Source of the DNA: an uncultured delta proteobacterium
GTDB lineage: Bacteria > Desulfobacterota > Binatia > UBA9968
Assembly (NCBI GenBank): GCA_963816145.1
Contig: CAWFJP010000014.1
Coordinates: 416,001 to 480,000, forward strand
Length of the DNA: 64,000 nt
Direction of reading: 5' to 3'
Part shown: positions 1 to 9,954 of the stretch, in pieces
Numbering within the stretch: the stretch's first letter is position 1
Layout: each line of letters begins with the position of its first letter
Translations under genes and position numbers: made by a program
Notes under the pieces: model-generated
The model's input: only the letters and a program-made list of their open reading frames with translations
Databases searched by the model: none
Told to the model about the DNA's origin: nothing

Positions 1-129
1 GTTGGAACTGTCAGCCAATGTGAAGCGTGGTCTCCGATGCCGTTGGAATAGACCGTTAAATTACATGCTTTGCCGGAAATAGGAAGAGGCTGAGGTCGGA
101 TGCTGTGCCGTAAAGTGAAGAGGGTTGTC

Positions 130-205
130 ACCACGAAGACACGAAGAGCGCGAAGTTCGGAAAAGTATTCATCCGAAACCTTCGTGCCCTTCGTACCTTC
201 GTGGT
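130..205. repeat. Gene-less hairpin element with CACGAAG 9-bp-periodic inverted arms
   Basis: ACCACGAAGACACGAAGAGCGCGAAG-TTCGGA...TCCGAA-AC-CTTCGTGCCCTTCGTACCTTCGTGGT; the same arm family flanks the GxxExxY gene at 18320-18774. Confidence 0.85.
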
Positions 206-218
206 AAGTCCCGTGATT

Positions 219-1109
219 TCATGACGTCGCAGCCGTTGCTGTAATTCTGGTAGCCACGCGTGGTGTTATGCCCAGGTCGATGCCTTCGCTGTCGAAGGCT
301 TTCTTCAGGCGGCGGCGGTATTCGCGGCCGACGGCGTATTGCTGCGAGGGTAGAGTTTTGAAGCGGGCTTTGATGATTAAGGTAGTGTCGGTGAAGTTGT
401 CGACGCCGAAAATTTCGATGGGCTCGATCATGGCGCGGGCGTACTCGGGTTCTTTGCGCATCTCCTCGGCGACCCGTTGCATGACGGCGACGACCCGGTC
501 GGTGTCTTCTTTGTATGACACCGCTATGTCGATCACATATGCCGACCAGTCCATGGTTGCGTTGGCCAACGTGGTGATCGACCCATTGGGAAAGACATGG
601 ACGACGCCGGCTTGATCGCGCAGCACCACGGTGCGAAAGGTGACCGATTCAACCACCCCGCCGGTGCCGTTGACGATGGCGATGTCGCCTACGCGAATCT
701 GATTTTCCAGCAATAGAAAAAATCCGCTGACCAAATCACGCACCAAATGCTGGGCACCAAAGCCGACGGCCAGGCCGACGACACCGGCGCCCGCCAGGAT
801 CGGCCCGATGTTGACGCCGATCTGACTCAGCGCGATCAAGACCACGACAAACCACAGCAGGCCGCTGCTGATGGTCCAGAGCACGCCCAACAAAGTCTTG
901 ATGCGTTTCGCGACCGCACCTAGGTCGGGTTCTCCGTGGCCGGTGTTACGGATCAAGAACGCTTCGAGTTTGGTTACGCCGGTGCGCAGCAGCTTGACCA
1001 AGATGTAGGCTAGGGCAACGATCAGTACGATGCGTACCAGCCCCTGCAGCGTGTTGACGCCGAGAGTCATGATTCTAGCGAGGAAAGTTTCCCAAGTGTT
1101 TGGCGACAT
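219..1109 (-). CDS. Small-conductance mechanosensitive channel (MscS family, YbiO-like)
   Basis: TM helices, GAGVVGLAVGFGAQ..D..SG signature, ENQIRVGD..V.G..G.VE. Confidence 0.92.
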   Translation of the reverse strand: MSPNTWETFLARIMTLGVNTLQGLVRIVLIVALAYILVKLLRTGVTKLEAFLIRNTGHGEPDLGAVAKRIKTLLGVLWTISSGLLWFVVVLIALSQIGVNIGPILAGAGVVGLAVGFGAQHLVRDLVSGFFLLLENQIRVGDIAIVNGTGGVVESVTFRTVVLRDQAGVVHVFPNGSITTLANATMDWSAYVIDIAVSYKEDTDRVVAVMQRVAEEMRKEPEYARAMIEPIEIFGVDNFTDTTLIIKARFKTLPSQQYAVGREYRRRLKKAFDSEGIDLGITPRVATRITATAATS

Positions 1110-1375
1110 GATGGATCCTCCTTATTGATCGCTTTTTCAGCGGTTGTCGCAGGAATTCAGTGAAGTTGCTAGATCGACGTACATACTGAGCGACAAATAT
1201 TTTCTTGACTTGAACCGGCGCTGGGATAAGTTGCGGCAAAATAGCACGTCGAGAGGAACGCTGTTCAAAAATTCAAGGTTTAGGAATTCGGATGAATGTC
1301 CGCAAATTATCGCCGTGGGATTCTTGGATTGCGATTTGCGCCTAGGAGTTGTCGATGCAATTCGGTAGTGGCTCA

Positions 1376-2404
1376 ATGACGTTTTACAGACCGACTCCAA
1401 CGAGCGTCCATGACCGACTGAAAGGTCCCGCGAGAATCATGCTTTTGCTCCTTCTGTCGTTGCTGTTTTTGTACCCGGTTTTGGCACAAGCGCAATCGGG
1501 GACCAAGAAAGTCCGTATCGCTCTGCCGACCAAGAGCGTGTCGTTTCTGGCGTTCTATGTCGCCCATCGCAAAGGTTACTATCGCGACGAGGGGATCGAT
1601 CTGGAACCGATCCTGATGCAACCATCACTGGCGAGCACGGCGGTATTGACCGGCGATCTCGACTACAATGGCGCTGTGACCGGCGTGATCGGCGCAGCAG
1701 TGGCCGGGCGGCCGATGAAGGCGGTGCTGTTTACCGTCGCGCGTCCGTTGCAATACCTGATGAGCAAAAAAGAGCTGAAAGACCCGCGCGAACTCAAGGG
1801 CAAGAAAATCGCCGGTAGCTCTCCCGGCGGTACAGTGACATTTCTCACCAAGCTGGTGCTGAAAAATTACGGTCTCGACGTCGAGCGAGACGTTTTCCTC
1901 AATCCGATGGGCGGCACTGGAGCCAGCCGTTTGGCTGCCTTGGAGTCCGGCGTAGTCGACGCGGTGATCCTCGAAAGCCCCGACAATATTCTCGCTCAGC
2001 AAAAAGGTTTTCGCGAACTGATCTTTTTCGGTGATTCCATCGAATTCCCGCAGAATGGCTTCGGCACATCGGAAAAAAAGCTCAAGGAAAATCCCGACGA
2101 GGTATTCAAGATGGTGCGCGCCACGTTGCGCGGCTTGATGTTTAGTTGGGACAAAAAGAATCGCGACCAGGTCCTCGACATCATCATGCGCGAGATGAAA
2201 CCGATCGCGCCGGCGATGGCCAATGAATCCTTCGAGCAGATCATGCGCGTGATCACCAAGGACGGTTCGGTCAAAGCCGAGTCGATCCAAGTGCTCATCG
2301 ATTTGGTGCGCGAAAACGCCAAGGTGACCCGGCCAGTGACGGTCAACCAAGTCGTCGATTTCTCGTTTCTTGAGAAAGCGCAGAAGGAGTTGGGGTTGCG
2401 TTGA
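1376..2404 (+). CDS. ABC transporter substrate-binding protein, NMT1/THI5/SsuA-like
   Basis: Signal peptide, KGYYRDEGID, ELKGKKIA, AALESGVVDA; start codon uncertain (ORF opens at 1349). Confidence 0.85.
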   Translation: MTFYRPTPTSVHDRLKGPARIMLLLLLSLLFLYPVLAQAQSGTKKVRIALPTKSVSFLAFYVAHRKGYYRDEGIDLEPILMQPSLASTAVLTGDLDYNGAVTGVIGAAVAGRPMKAVLFTVARPLQYLMSKKELKDPRELKGKKIAGSSPGGTVTFLTKLVLKNYGLDVERDVFLNPMGGTGASRLAALESGVVDAVILESPDNILAQQKGFRELIFFGDSIEFPQNGFGTSEKKLKENPDEVFKMVRATLRGLMFSWDKKNRDQVLDIIMREMKPIAPAMANESFEQIMRVITKDGSVKAESIQVLIDLVRENAKVTRPVTVNQVVDFSFLEKAQKELGLR

Positions 2405-2453
2405 GACGTCGCAGCGCTGGGCTGTATGCAAAGATTAACATCGCTGGCTGCAA

Positions 2454-3236
2454 CTAACCATCTACGATTTGTCTTGCGCTCATGAGATGCGGATCGTCGT
2501 GAATCATGCGCGCGAAGTTGGCGTGAACGATCCGAGTGATTTCTGCCGACGTTGAATCCCGCAGCGTTGCCACAGTGTTAACGACGTCGGTAATCGCCAG
2601 TGGCATACCCACCTCGTCGTTCTTTTTCAGCCACTTCAGTGCGCCGGGATTATCCGTCTCGGTTAGCAGCAGACGAGCCGGTATCGCTCGCGCGATCTGT
2701 TTGATGTAGTCGGAGTAGAGCACTTCGACACCGATGGTGAAGTAACAGCCGAAGTCGATCATCGCATTGAGAATATCCATCGGGCCGGAGTACCAGTGGA
2801 TGATGGCGCGGCGGACGTTATACTTTACCAGTAAGTCGAGAATTTCCTTCTCGCCGGCTTTGGTGTGAAGATTGACGAATTTGTTCTGCTCGCCTGCCGC
2901 GGCGATGAAATATTCCAGGACTTTTCGTTGTGCGGGATAAGTGCCGGTGTCTTTGACCCAGTGAAAATCGAGACCGATCTCGCCGATGGCCGGGCTCATA
3001 TCGATGTAGCGGCGGAGTTCCGGTAAACGATCCGCGTAATCGGCGGCGCGTCGGGGATGGACGCCGAAGGTTGGCAGAACCAGCGCGGAACGTTTGCCGA
3101 TTTCTTGCAGCTCCAGGTAGGAAGGCAGATCCATCGCCGTGGCGACTGTAAAGATTTGCTGGCTTTCGATCTCTTGCAGCGCGCGGTCCAGTAAATCGCC
3201 GTACTTGTCTAAATGAACATGGGCGTCGATGAGCAT
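2454..3236 (-). CDS. tatD: TatD family metal-dependent hydrolase
   Basis: IDAHVHL, GVHP, IGEIGLD, NLH, IIHWY, LTETDNP motifs. Confidence 0.9.
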   Translation of the reverse strand: MLIDAHVHLDKYGDLLDRALQEIESQQIFTVATAMDLPSYLELQEIGKRSALVLPTFGVHPRRAADYADRLPELRRYIDMSPAIGEIGLDFHWVKDTGTYPAQRKVLEYFIAAAGEQNKFVNLHTKAGEKEILDLLVKYNVRRAIIHWYSGPMDILNAMIDFGCYFTIGVEVLYSDYIKQIARAIPARLLLTETDNPGALKWLKKNDEVGMPLAITDVVNTVATLRDSTSAEITRIVHANFARMIHDDPHLMSARQIVDG

Positions 3237-3268
3237 AGTTGGTTCCGTTTCTGGGGAAGTGAGTTTAA

Positions 3269-3396
3269 GTCATGCCCGCGCTATCGTCACCCCGGTGAAA
3301 ACCGGGGTCCATCCCATCCCGAAAATCTGGATACCGTTTTTCAACGGTATGACGAACTCTGTCCGTCGCCTGATTCCCGCTTTCGCCGGAATGACG
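3269..3396. repeat. REP/dRS3-like palindromic element, one copy nested in another
   Basis: Outer GTCATGCCCGCG...GATTCCCGCTTTCGCCGGAATGAC encloses inner CGTCACCCCGGTGAAAACCGGGGTCCA...TGGATACCGTTTTTCAACGGTATGACG (3285-3354). Confidence 0.8.
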
Positions 3397-3594
3397 ATAA
3401 TGTGAAAGTCGACTGCCAGTCGATGCCCCTGTAAATCTTCGGTTTGTAGCCGAAAGTTGCGTAACGTCAGCGACGATCATAGTTCTCGCCATTCTCCACC
3501 GCAAGCAGGTTGTTTGAACTTGAGGCTGCCTAGGGCTGCGTGTATCATCCGGCGATATCTCGGTGTAGCGAGTTGGCTCTAAGCAAAATTTGAG

Positions 3595-4563
3595 GTGCGA
3601 AATTTCATGAACGTTGTCATTGTTCTCTTGATTTTATTGGGTTTGACGGTGCCGGCCCACGCGCGCAAAGTATCGGTCGGCATTCCGGTGGTCGACGTGT
3701 CGCAGAGCGTGCTGTATGTTGCGCGCGACCGCGGTTACTTCCAGAAGGAAGGGCTCGAAGTCGAGCTGGTGTTGATGCGTGGCGGAGTGGCGAACCAGGC
3801 TTTGATCACCGGCAATGTCGATTTCACCACAGTGCCGACGGCGGCGCTGCAAGCGGGTTTGCAAGGCGCGCCGGTGAAGGTGTTGCTCAGCACCTTTCAC
3901 AAGCCGATGTTCTGGCTTTACTCGCGCCAGGCGATTCGCGCGCCCAAGGATCTGAGCGGCAAGAAGGTCGCGGTGTCGAGCTTGGGCGCGGCGGGAGATT
4001 CGGCGTTGCGCGAGTGGCTCAAGAAAAACGGCATGGACGAGAATCGCGAAGTGGCGATCCTCGCGATCGGCACCACCGCGACGCGCCTGGGTTCGCTGTC
4101 CACCGGCGTCGTCGACGCGGCGATGATGACTTTTCCGCATAACATCACCGCTGCCGAGCAGGGCTTTCGCGAGCTGGTGTCGTTTATCGCCTCGGATATC
4201 ATTCAACTCCAAGGCGCCATCGTCACGCGTGACGGCTTGTTGCAATCCGATCCTGTCATGGTCGAGAAGTTTCTCCGGGCGACAATCCGCGGGCTGATTT
4301 ATTATTCGACCAATCGCAGCGGCGCGGTGCCGATCCTGGCGCGCAACGCCAAGTCGTCGGAAGATTTAGCCGGCAAAGTTTATGATTTGGTCAAGCCGGC
4401 GCTGACCCCGGACGGAATTTTGAACGACGATTTGCAGCGGCGGGTGATGAGTCCGCTGTTGGAGCGGGTTGGGCGCAAGGATATTTCGATCGGCAGATTT
4501 TTTGACTTCGCTATGGCCCGGAAGATTCATGCGGAGCTGAAGGCGGAGAAATGGAAGCCGTAA
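3595..4563 (+). CDS. ABC transporter substrate-binding protein, NMT1/THI5-like
   Basis: Signal peptide, RGYFQKEGLEV, DLSGKKVAVSS, STGVVDAA. Confidence 0.87.
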   Translation: MRNFMNVVIVLLILLGLTVPAHARKVSVGIPVVDVSQSVLYVARDRGYFQKEGLEVELVLMRGGVANQALITGNVDFTTVPTAALQAGLQGAPVKVLLSTFHKPMFWLYSRQAIRAPKDLSGKKVAVSSLGAAGDSALREWLKKNGMDENREVAILAIGTTATRLGSLSTGVVDAAMMTFPHNITAAEQGFRELVSFIASDIIQLQGAIVTRDGLLQSDPVMVEKFLRATIRGLIYYSTNRSGAVPILARNAKSSEDLAGKVYDLVKPALTPDGILNDDLQRRVMSPLLERVGRKDISIGRFFDFAMARKIHAELKAEKWKP

Positions 4564-4568
4564 AAATC

Positions 4569-4610
4569 AGTTCCAACCGTTCCAAAGGTTCCAGAAGTTT
4601 CAACCGTTCC
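4569..4610. repeat. GTTCCAA-type 9-bp-periodic repeat arm
   Basis: GTTCCAACC GTTCCAAAG GTTCCAGAA GTTTCAACC GTTCC between convergent genes. Confidence 0.8.
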
Positions 4611-4647
4611 GAACCTTTGCGATTGTGGCGCGTCGGTTGAGGGCCGG

Positions 4648-5925
4648 TCAACGCAGAGTCTTGAGTCTTTCTTTCCAGTGCTCTTGCCAGTCGGCGCCGG
4701 GGGCGAGGACTTCGGACTCGACGGTGAGCTGCGGGAAGCGGTTGGCGTTCGGCTCGCGGATCACGTGCGGCCCTTCGCGGCCGGCTTCGACGTCGCGGAT
4801 CGCCCGCAAGAGCTGGCGGCGCGCGACGATGATCGCTTTGTCGCTGGGTCCTAAGAATTCTTTGCTGCGGTCGACGATTTCGCCGCAGCCTTCGACGATG
4901 GCGACGTCATGCACGTTGAAGATCCGCCCCATGCCCGAGAAACTCCAAGTCTTCATCGCCTCGCGGTCCTGCAGATAGCGGTTAGCCTTATTGCGTTTGG
5001 GCCGGTAGTCGGGGCCGAGCTCGTCCAAGATTTCTCGATCGCGCTCGATGTCGCGCGGTTCCATGGGCGCGCTGCGGCGAAACACGAAGTCGTAGCGCCA
5101 ATGGTGCGTGTCGTCGATGGGGACATGCCAATAAAGATTGTAGCCGTCGCCGGACATCGGTCCCGGGATCGTCGCCTTGTTGGGAAAGACGAAGTTGGTC
5201 ACGCGAAAAAACGTCCGGCCGTCGACATCGCGCAGCGAGAAGATACGCACGCCATAGTCGGTCTCTTCGGCGTCGATGCGCGGCGCCATGTCGGCGTCAT
5301 AGAGCGCCAGCGGCAGCTTACCGTCGGTGCCGGTCACGGTACGTTTCAAATTATCCGGCACGTTGGCTTGGCGGTGTAGATAGGAAACATGGCTCGGATC
5401 GAGATTGCCTTCGTTGGCCTGAAAGAAATTGCACTCATGATAAAATTTGGAGACCAACACATGGCCCGCTGGCGCGACTAGCGGTTCGTAGTCGGGTAGG
5501 AGCGGCGGTTCGCCCGGTCCCATGTAGGCGAAGACAACGCCGGCGCGCTCCTGGCACGGGTAGGCGGGGTGGTGCACTTTTTCGCAGAAGCGCCGGTCCG
5601 GCGGCTCGCAGGGCTGCTCGATGCAACGGCCTTGGCGGTCGAACAACCAGCCATGATACAGACAGCGCAGGCCGCCATTTTCTACTCGCCCGTAGCTCAA
5701 GTCGGCGCGCCGGTGTGAGCAGTATTGGCCGATCAAACCGAGTTGGCCGTCGTCGCCGCGGAACAGCACCAGATCTTCACTCATGATCCTGACCGGCAGC
5801 GGCGCACCGTCGCTCGGCAATTCTTTGACAAGGGCGACCGGGTGCCAATAGCGGCGTAACAAATTTCCTCCCGGCGTGCCGGCGCCGGTATTAGTGAGCA
5901 AGGCATTTTCTTCTGGAGACAGCAT
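4648..5925 (-). CDS. Rieske non-heme iron oxygenase alpha subunit (phthalate 4,5-dioxygenase/LigXa-like)
   Basis: CSH-x16-CLYH Rieske motif, NLDPSHVSYLH mononuclear iron motif, LLRRYWHP N-terminus. Confidence 0.92.
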   Translation of the reverse strand: MLSPEENALLTNTGAGTPGGNLLRRYWHPVALVKELPSDGAPLPVRIMSEDLVLFRGDDGQLGLIGQYCSHRRADLSYGRVENGGLRCLYHGWLFDRQGRCIEQPCEPPDRRFCEKVHHPAYPCQERAGVVFAYMGPGEPPLLPDYEPLVAPAGHVLVSKFYHECNFFQANEGNLDPSHVSYLHRQANVPDNLKRTVTGTDGKLPLALYDADMAPRIDAEETDYGVRIFSLRDVDGRTFFRVTNFVFPNKATIPGPMSGDGYNLYWHVPIDDTHHWRYDFVFRRSAPMEPRDIERDREILDELGPDYRPKRNKANRYLQDREAMKTWSFSGMGRIFNVHDVAIVEGCGEIVDRSKEFLGPSDKAIIVARRQLLRAIRDVEAGREGPHVIREPNANRFPQLTVESEVLAPGADWQEHWKERLKTLR

Positions 5926-5932
5926 CTTGTTA

Positions 5933-5962
5933 TTTTGGATTCTCGATTTTGGATTTTGGATT
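5933..5962. repeat. 7-bp-periodic TTTTGGA repeat arm
   Basis: TTTTGGA TTCTCGA TTTTGGA TTTTGGA. Confidence 0.65.
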
Positions 5963-6066
5963 GACAGAGTGGTTTTATCACTATCTGCACGTTGGCGGCA
6001 ATCCCCAGTTGACGGGTGATCATGGCCCGTGGTTACTTACGAAGAATATGCTACCGGAGGTACATT

Positions 6067-6948
6067 ATGCCTAACAATTGGGAGACGGTAAGAGTTGATA
6101 ACAGTGACATGCCGCTTTACGTCAATTTACCCGCGAGCGAACGCACCGTGCCGGGGATCATCGTCGTTCACGGGCGCTCGGGCCTGGAGGATTTTATCAA
6201 AGATACCACCAAGATGTTCGCGCAGCTGGGGTACGCGGCGGTGGCGCCGAGCCTTTATCATCGCGACGGACCGGACTGCAAAGACGACAACGAAACGCGC
6301 AAGGCGCGCCTGCGCGACCCGTCGATCATTCGCGACATCGAAGGCGCCATCGGCTTTCTCAAAAATCATATACAGGTCGACGGCAGCCGGTTGGGCATCG
6401 TCGGCTTCTGCATGGGCGGACGGTTGGTCTATCTCTTGTCGGCGGCGAGCAAGGACTTGAAAGCCGGCGTGATGTTTTACGGCAGCAGCACGATGGTGCC
6501 CTACGGTGAAGGCGGACCGACACCCTTCGACCGCACCCGCGAAATCAATTGTCCGATCCAGGGCCACTTCGGCGCCGAGGATCAAAATCCGTCGCCGGAG
6601 GACATGCGTAAACTCGACGCCGAACTGACCAAGTTCGGCAAGCCGCACGAGTTTCACGCCTACGCCGGCGCGGCGCACGCCTTCGTCAACTCCGGATCGA
6701 GAAATTACCGCCCCCACGCCGCGGCGCTTTCGTGGCCCAAGGCGATGGAGTTTTTCGCCCGGCATCTGGTCGGGATAGTCCATGGCCGAGTTTCAGTCGT
6801 TCAAAAGGTTCAAGCCGTTCAAATCGTTTGGATGGGTTCGCGTGCACAACTGATGTCATTCTTAGGCTTGACACTTCTATGGCGTTTGGCGCAAATATGC
6901 TTCATTAAAAGGAGGTCTTTATGGGACAACTCAAAATCGAGGGCGTGA
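6067..6948 (+). CDS. Dienelactone hydrolase family protein; C-terminal ~58 aa is probably read-through
   Basis: GFCMGG nucleophile motif, AAHAF, GGAGG RBS; homology ends near FFARHL (~6770) and the ORF then runs through a repeat arm into the next gene. Confidence 0.88.
   Translation: MPNNWETVRVDNSDMPLYVNLPASERTVPGIIVVHGRSGLEDFIKDTTKMFAQLGYAAVAPSLYHRDGPDCKDDNETRKARLRDPSIIRDIEGAIGFLKNHIQVDGSRLGIVGFCMGGRLVYLLSAASKDLKAGVMFYGSSTMVPYGEGGPTPFDRTREINCPIQGHFGAEDQNPSPEDMRKLDAELTKFGKPHEFHAYAGAAHAFVNSGSRNYRPHAAALSWPKAMEFFARHLVGIVHGRVSVVQKVQAVQIVWMGSRAQLMSFLGLTLLWRLAQICFIKRRSLWDNSKSRA
6790..6830. repeat. GTTCAA-type 9-bp-periodic repeat arm
   Basis: GTTTCAGTC GTTCAAAAG GTTCAAGCC GTTCAAATC GTTT. Confidence 0.75.
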
Positions 6949-7358
6949 CACATTGGTCGATTCCGGTGAACAATTTGGACGAGTCGGAGAAATTTTATGG
7001 CGATCTGTTGGGGCTCAAGCATCTCGGCCGGCTCGGCAATTCGGGCATGTCTTGCTTCAACGTCGGCGACCACAACATTTTGCTCTGTGAGCGTTCCAAG
7101 GACGTCGACAAGGCCCACGTCGAGGAACGCAACGTGCATCACTCGTTTACGGTGGCGCCGGAGACGATTCCCCAGGCGTGCAAAATTTTCAAGGAAAAGA
7201 ACGTGAAGATCGAGGAGCTTTATTATCGCAAGGGCGGCTACTTCCCAGGGCGGGAGCTCTATTTCTTCGATCCCAGCGGCAATCGTTTGGAACTGCGCGA
7301 CCCGACTTGGAAGGCCGGGATGCCGGAGCCTTCTTATGACGAAGTCGCTAATGGGTAG
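6921..7358 (+). CDS. VOC/glyoxalase family protein
   Basis: THWSIPV, FYGDLLGL, YFFDPSGNRLEL; AGGAGG RBS. Confidence 0.9.
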   Translation: MGQLKIEGVTHWSIPVNNLDESEKFYGDLLGLKHLGRLGNSGMSCFNVGDHNILLCERSKDVDKAHVEERNVHHSFTVAPETIPQACKIFKEKNVKIEELYYRKGGYFPGRELYFFDPSGNRLELRDPTWKAGMPEPSYDEVANG

Positions 7359-7369
7359 CAGATAGCGTT

Positions 7370-7480
7370 GGTTCCAATCGTTCCAGCAGTTCCACGGGTT
7401 CCAGATTCGGTTATGAATTCGCGGGAAATCCCGGGGTGGTCACGATTGGAACGGCTGGAACAATTGGAACGTTTGGAACC
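7370..7480. repeat. Complete GTTCCAA-type element (four 9-mers, spacer, four inverted 9-mers)
   Basis: GGTTCCAATCGTTCCAGCAGTTCCACGGGTTCCAG...TTGGAACGGCTGGAACAATTGGAACGTTTGGAACC. Confidence 0.85.
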
Positions 7481-7644
7481 GTCCAATTGCTCCAGCCGTT
7501 TGCGCTAACGCTTCTGTCAACTACTTCTTAACCGGCTCGGGGACGCCGGGCAGCTTGGTTTTCTCGTTGTAATATTCTGCGGAGAATTCCGGTTTAGCTC
7601 CAAGCGACGAATACCTTTGCGCCTTTGTCGCAGTCTTCGCTGTT
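7442..7644 (-). pseudogene. Orphan duplicate of the 3' end and downstream flank of the crotonase gene at 16143-16986
   Basis: 7442-7595 aligns with 16064-16217; it encodes KPEFSAEYYNEKTKLPGVPEPVKK-stop versus KPEFSQEYYNEKTKLPGVPEPVKK-stop; weaker similarity continues to ~7644. Confidence 0.9.
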
Positions 7645-7681
7645 TCCGTTCGTTCGATATACAAGCTTGGGTGTGACCACC

Positions 7682-7718
7682 GTAGACTTTTCACTACTAG
7701 GGGTAGAGGAAAGACTAC
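7682..7718. promoter_or_regulatory. Putative tandem enhancer (bEBP) binding sites
   Basis: Two GTAG-N8-CTAC palindromes 21 bp apart, ~100-140 bp upstream of the sigma-54 motif. Confidence 0.5.
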
Positions 7719-7819
7719 CCTGTGGTCGACACTTTGCCCCTCTCTTGCGGTACCTCGCCAGCGGCGGTTCTTCTGTTCGCATAACCATTTACGCACGCGG
7801 AGTGTCACGCCGGCATTCG

Positions 7820-7835
7820 TGGCATGGCCATTGCG
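7820..7835 (+). promoter_or_regulatory. Putative sigma-54 (-24/-12) promoter
   Basis: TGGCAT-GGCCA-TTGCG matches TGGCAC-N5-TTGC; lies ~50 bp before the ATG at 7885. Confidence 0.65.
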
Positions 7836-7884
7836 CTATGCTTGCGTCAGCCCCTACACTCGTTTTTTTCCAGAAGATGGAAAT

Positions 7885-8994
7885 ATGGCACCTGCTGAAC
7901 AGATCAAACTCAAACGTTCGGGTCTTGGCTTACGCGCGTGTGATGCCGAGCGCGCCTGTCCTGGATTTACATTGTTCGCTCCACTAAGTGACGGAGGCAA
8001 GATTTATCTGATCGACATCGATGGCAAGGTCGTTCACACCTGGCAGATGCCTTATCCTCCGGGTAACTACGGTTATCTGACCGAGCGGGGAACCCTTTTT
8101 TACAATGGCAAGATCGCCGAGGATTCGACTCGATTTATCGACCGGCAACCGTGGAAAGGCGGTGCCGCGCTCGAAGCCGATTGGAATGGGCGCGTCTTGT
8201 GGGAAGTACGCCATTCCGATCACCATCACGACGGCATACTATTGCAGAACGGGAATGTATTGCTCCTTTGCCTGGCACGGCTGCCGCAAGATTTCGTTTC
8301 GAAGATAAAGGGCGGCATGGCGGCCACCGAGCACGGCGGCGAGATGTACGCGGATTATCTCGTTGAGATGACGGTTGAAGGCCGAATCATTTGGGAATGG
8401 CGGAGTTGGGAGCATCTCGATCCAGAAATCGACGTAATCACTGCAGCGCAAGAGCGGCGCGACGAGTGGACGCATGGAAATGGCGTGGCGGAATTGCCGA
8501 ATGGCGACATCGTTGTGAGCTTTCGCACGATTTCGACGGTCATCATCATTGACAGAAAGACCGGAAAGATTGTTTGGAAGCTCGGAGCGCCGCCTTTAGC
8601 TGGCCAACACGCGCCGACGCCGCTGCCGAACGGCAACCTTTTACTTTTCGACAACGGCCCGCACCGTCTCGATCACCCGATGCCATTCTCACGGGTCATT
8701 GAAGTCGAATTGTCGACGAAGCAAATCGTTTGGAAGTATCAAGAGAAAAGAGTCAGCGATTTTTTCAGTCCGAGGATTTCAAACGCGCAGCGACTGCCTA
8801 ACGGCAACACGTTGATTTGCGAGGGGTACTTTGGACGGTTGTTTGAGGTCACGACGGACGGAGAACTGGTTTGGGAATATGTCAATCCCTACTTCGGTGA
8901 AGACCGCGCTGGGTCGAACAATCGCGTATTCCGTGCGTATCGATACGGCGCCGACGAAATTGCCAGAGCCAAAGCGACGGGAGGTGCGGCATGA
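7885..8994 (+). CDS. Arylsulfotransferase (ASST)-like beta-propeller protein
   Basis: HHHD, WTHGN, GQHAP..LPNGNLLLFDNG, SNAQRLPNGNTLICEG, FRAYRY. Confidence 0.88.
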   Translation: MAPAEQIKLKRSGLGLRACDAERACPGFTLFAPLSDGGKIYLIDIDGKVVHTWQMPYPPGNYGYLTERGTLFYNGKIAEDSTRFIDRQPWKGGAALEADWNGRVLWEVRHSDHHHDGILLQNGNVLLLCLARLPQDFVSKIKGGMAATEHGGEMYADYLVEMTVEGRIIWEWRSWEHLDPEIDVITAAQERRDEWTHGNGVAELPNGDIVVSFRTISTVIIIDRKTGKIVWKLGAPPLAGQHAPTPLPNGNLLLFDNGPHRLDHPMPFSRVIEVELSTKQIVWKYQEKRVSDFFSPRISNAQRLPNGNTLICEGYFGRLFEVTTDGELVWEYVNPYFGEDRAGSNNRVFRAYRYGADEIARAKATGGAA

Positions 8995-9938
8995 AAATAT
9001 TCCTGTTGTGTTCCTTGTTGTTAAACATCTGCGTATGCACCGAAGCGGCAGAAAAAATCAGGATCACGGTTCCCGACACGAATGCCGCTTATATGACTTT
9101 TCCATTGGCGCAGAAAAGAGGTTTCTTGACTCATCAGGGCTTCGCAGCCGACGTTCTTTTGATGCGGGGCACGCTGACGGTACCTGCGCTCAATAACGGC
9201 GATATTGATTACCACACAGGGCTTCCGGTTGGCGTTCGAGGGACGGTCGCAGGTTTTCCTCTCAAGATCGTCGCCTGTTATCTGCCGCGCTCCAGCCTCA
9301 TGGTGGTTAGCCGTCCTGACATCAATTCGGTGCAGGATCTCAAAGGAAAAACGGTGGCTGTCAGCTCGTTCGGGAGCACCAATTCCGGAGCATTGCAGCT
9401 AATCGCCAAGCATTTCGGTCTCGATGCGGGAAGAGACATAAAACTCTTGGCTGTGGGTGCCAACGAGGCCCGGCTCGCGGCGCTGAAACAGGGAATAGTC
9501 GCTGCGATGGTGGTGCCTCCGCCCTGGGACTTTTATGCGAAAAAAATGGGGTTCCATGTGATAGCTCGAAGCTACGAATTTTTCAGCTATCCTCAGGTCG
9601 GGCTTATAGTGAACGAAAGCAAGATTAAGCGAAGACCCGACGAAATTAAGCGGGTGATTAAGGCAGGAATCGAAGCCAATCGATACATCCGATCAAATCG
9701 AGAAGGCACAGTGCAAGTCCTCATGGACTGGATGCGGATCGACAAGGATGTCGCTGCGGCTACTTATGAAGCCTTTTTGCCGGCGTTGAGTGAGGATGGA
9801 AACTGCCCCGAAGACGGCATGGGTTTAGTGATTGAAGAAGCAAAGAAAGCGGCCAAGGTAAGTCGCGATGTTTCAATGAAGGACGTCGCGGATCTCTCCA
9901 TTCTCAGGGAGGCGCAGAGGGAACTTGGAATCAAATAA
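8991..9938 (+). CDS. ABC transporter substrate-binding protein, NMT1/THI5-like
   Basis: Signal peptide, DLKGKTVAVSSFGS, RLAALKQG. Confidence 0.87.
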   Translation: MKIFLLCSLLLNICVCTEAAEKIRITVPDTNAAYMTFPLAQKRGFLTHQGFAADVLLMRGTLTVPALNNGDIDYHTGLPVGVRGTVAGFPLKIVACYLPRSSLMVVSRPDINSVQDLKGKTVAVSSFGSTNSGALQLIAKHFGLDAGRDIKLLAVGANEARLAALKQGIVAAMVVPPPWDFYAKKMGFHVIARSYEFFSYPQVGLIVNESKIKRRPDEIKRVIKAGIEANRYIRSNREGTVQVLMDWMRIDKDVAAATYEAFLPALSEDGNCPEDGMGLVIEEAKKAAKVSRDVSMKDVADLSILREAQRELGIK

Positions 9939-9954
9939 CAAGGAAAGGTAATTC

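Noticed and set aside
7370-7480. GTTCCAA repeats as a CRISPR array
   Set aside because: The period is only 9 bp, the arms are inverted, there are no 25-45 bp spacers, and no cas genes are present.
7521-7808. 95-aa minus-strand ORF
   Set aside because: It is a chimera of promoter DNA and the duplicated crotonase tail.
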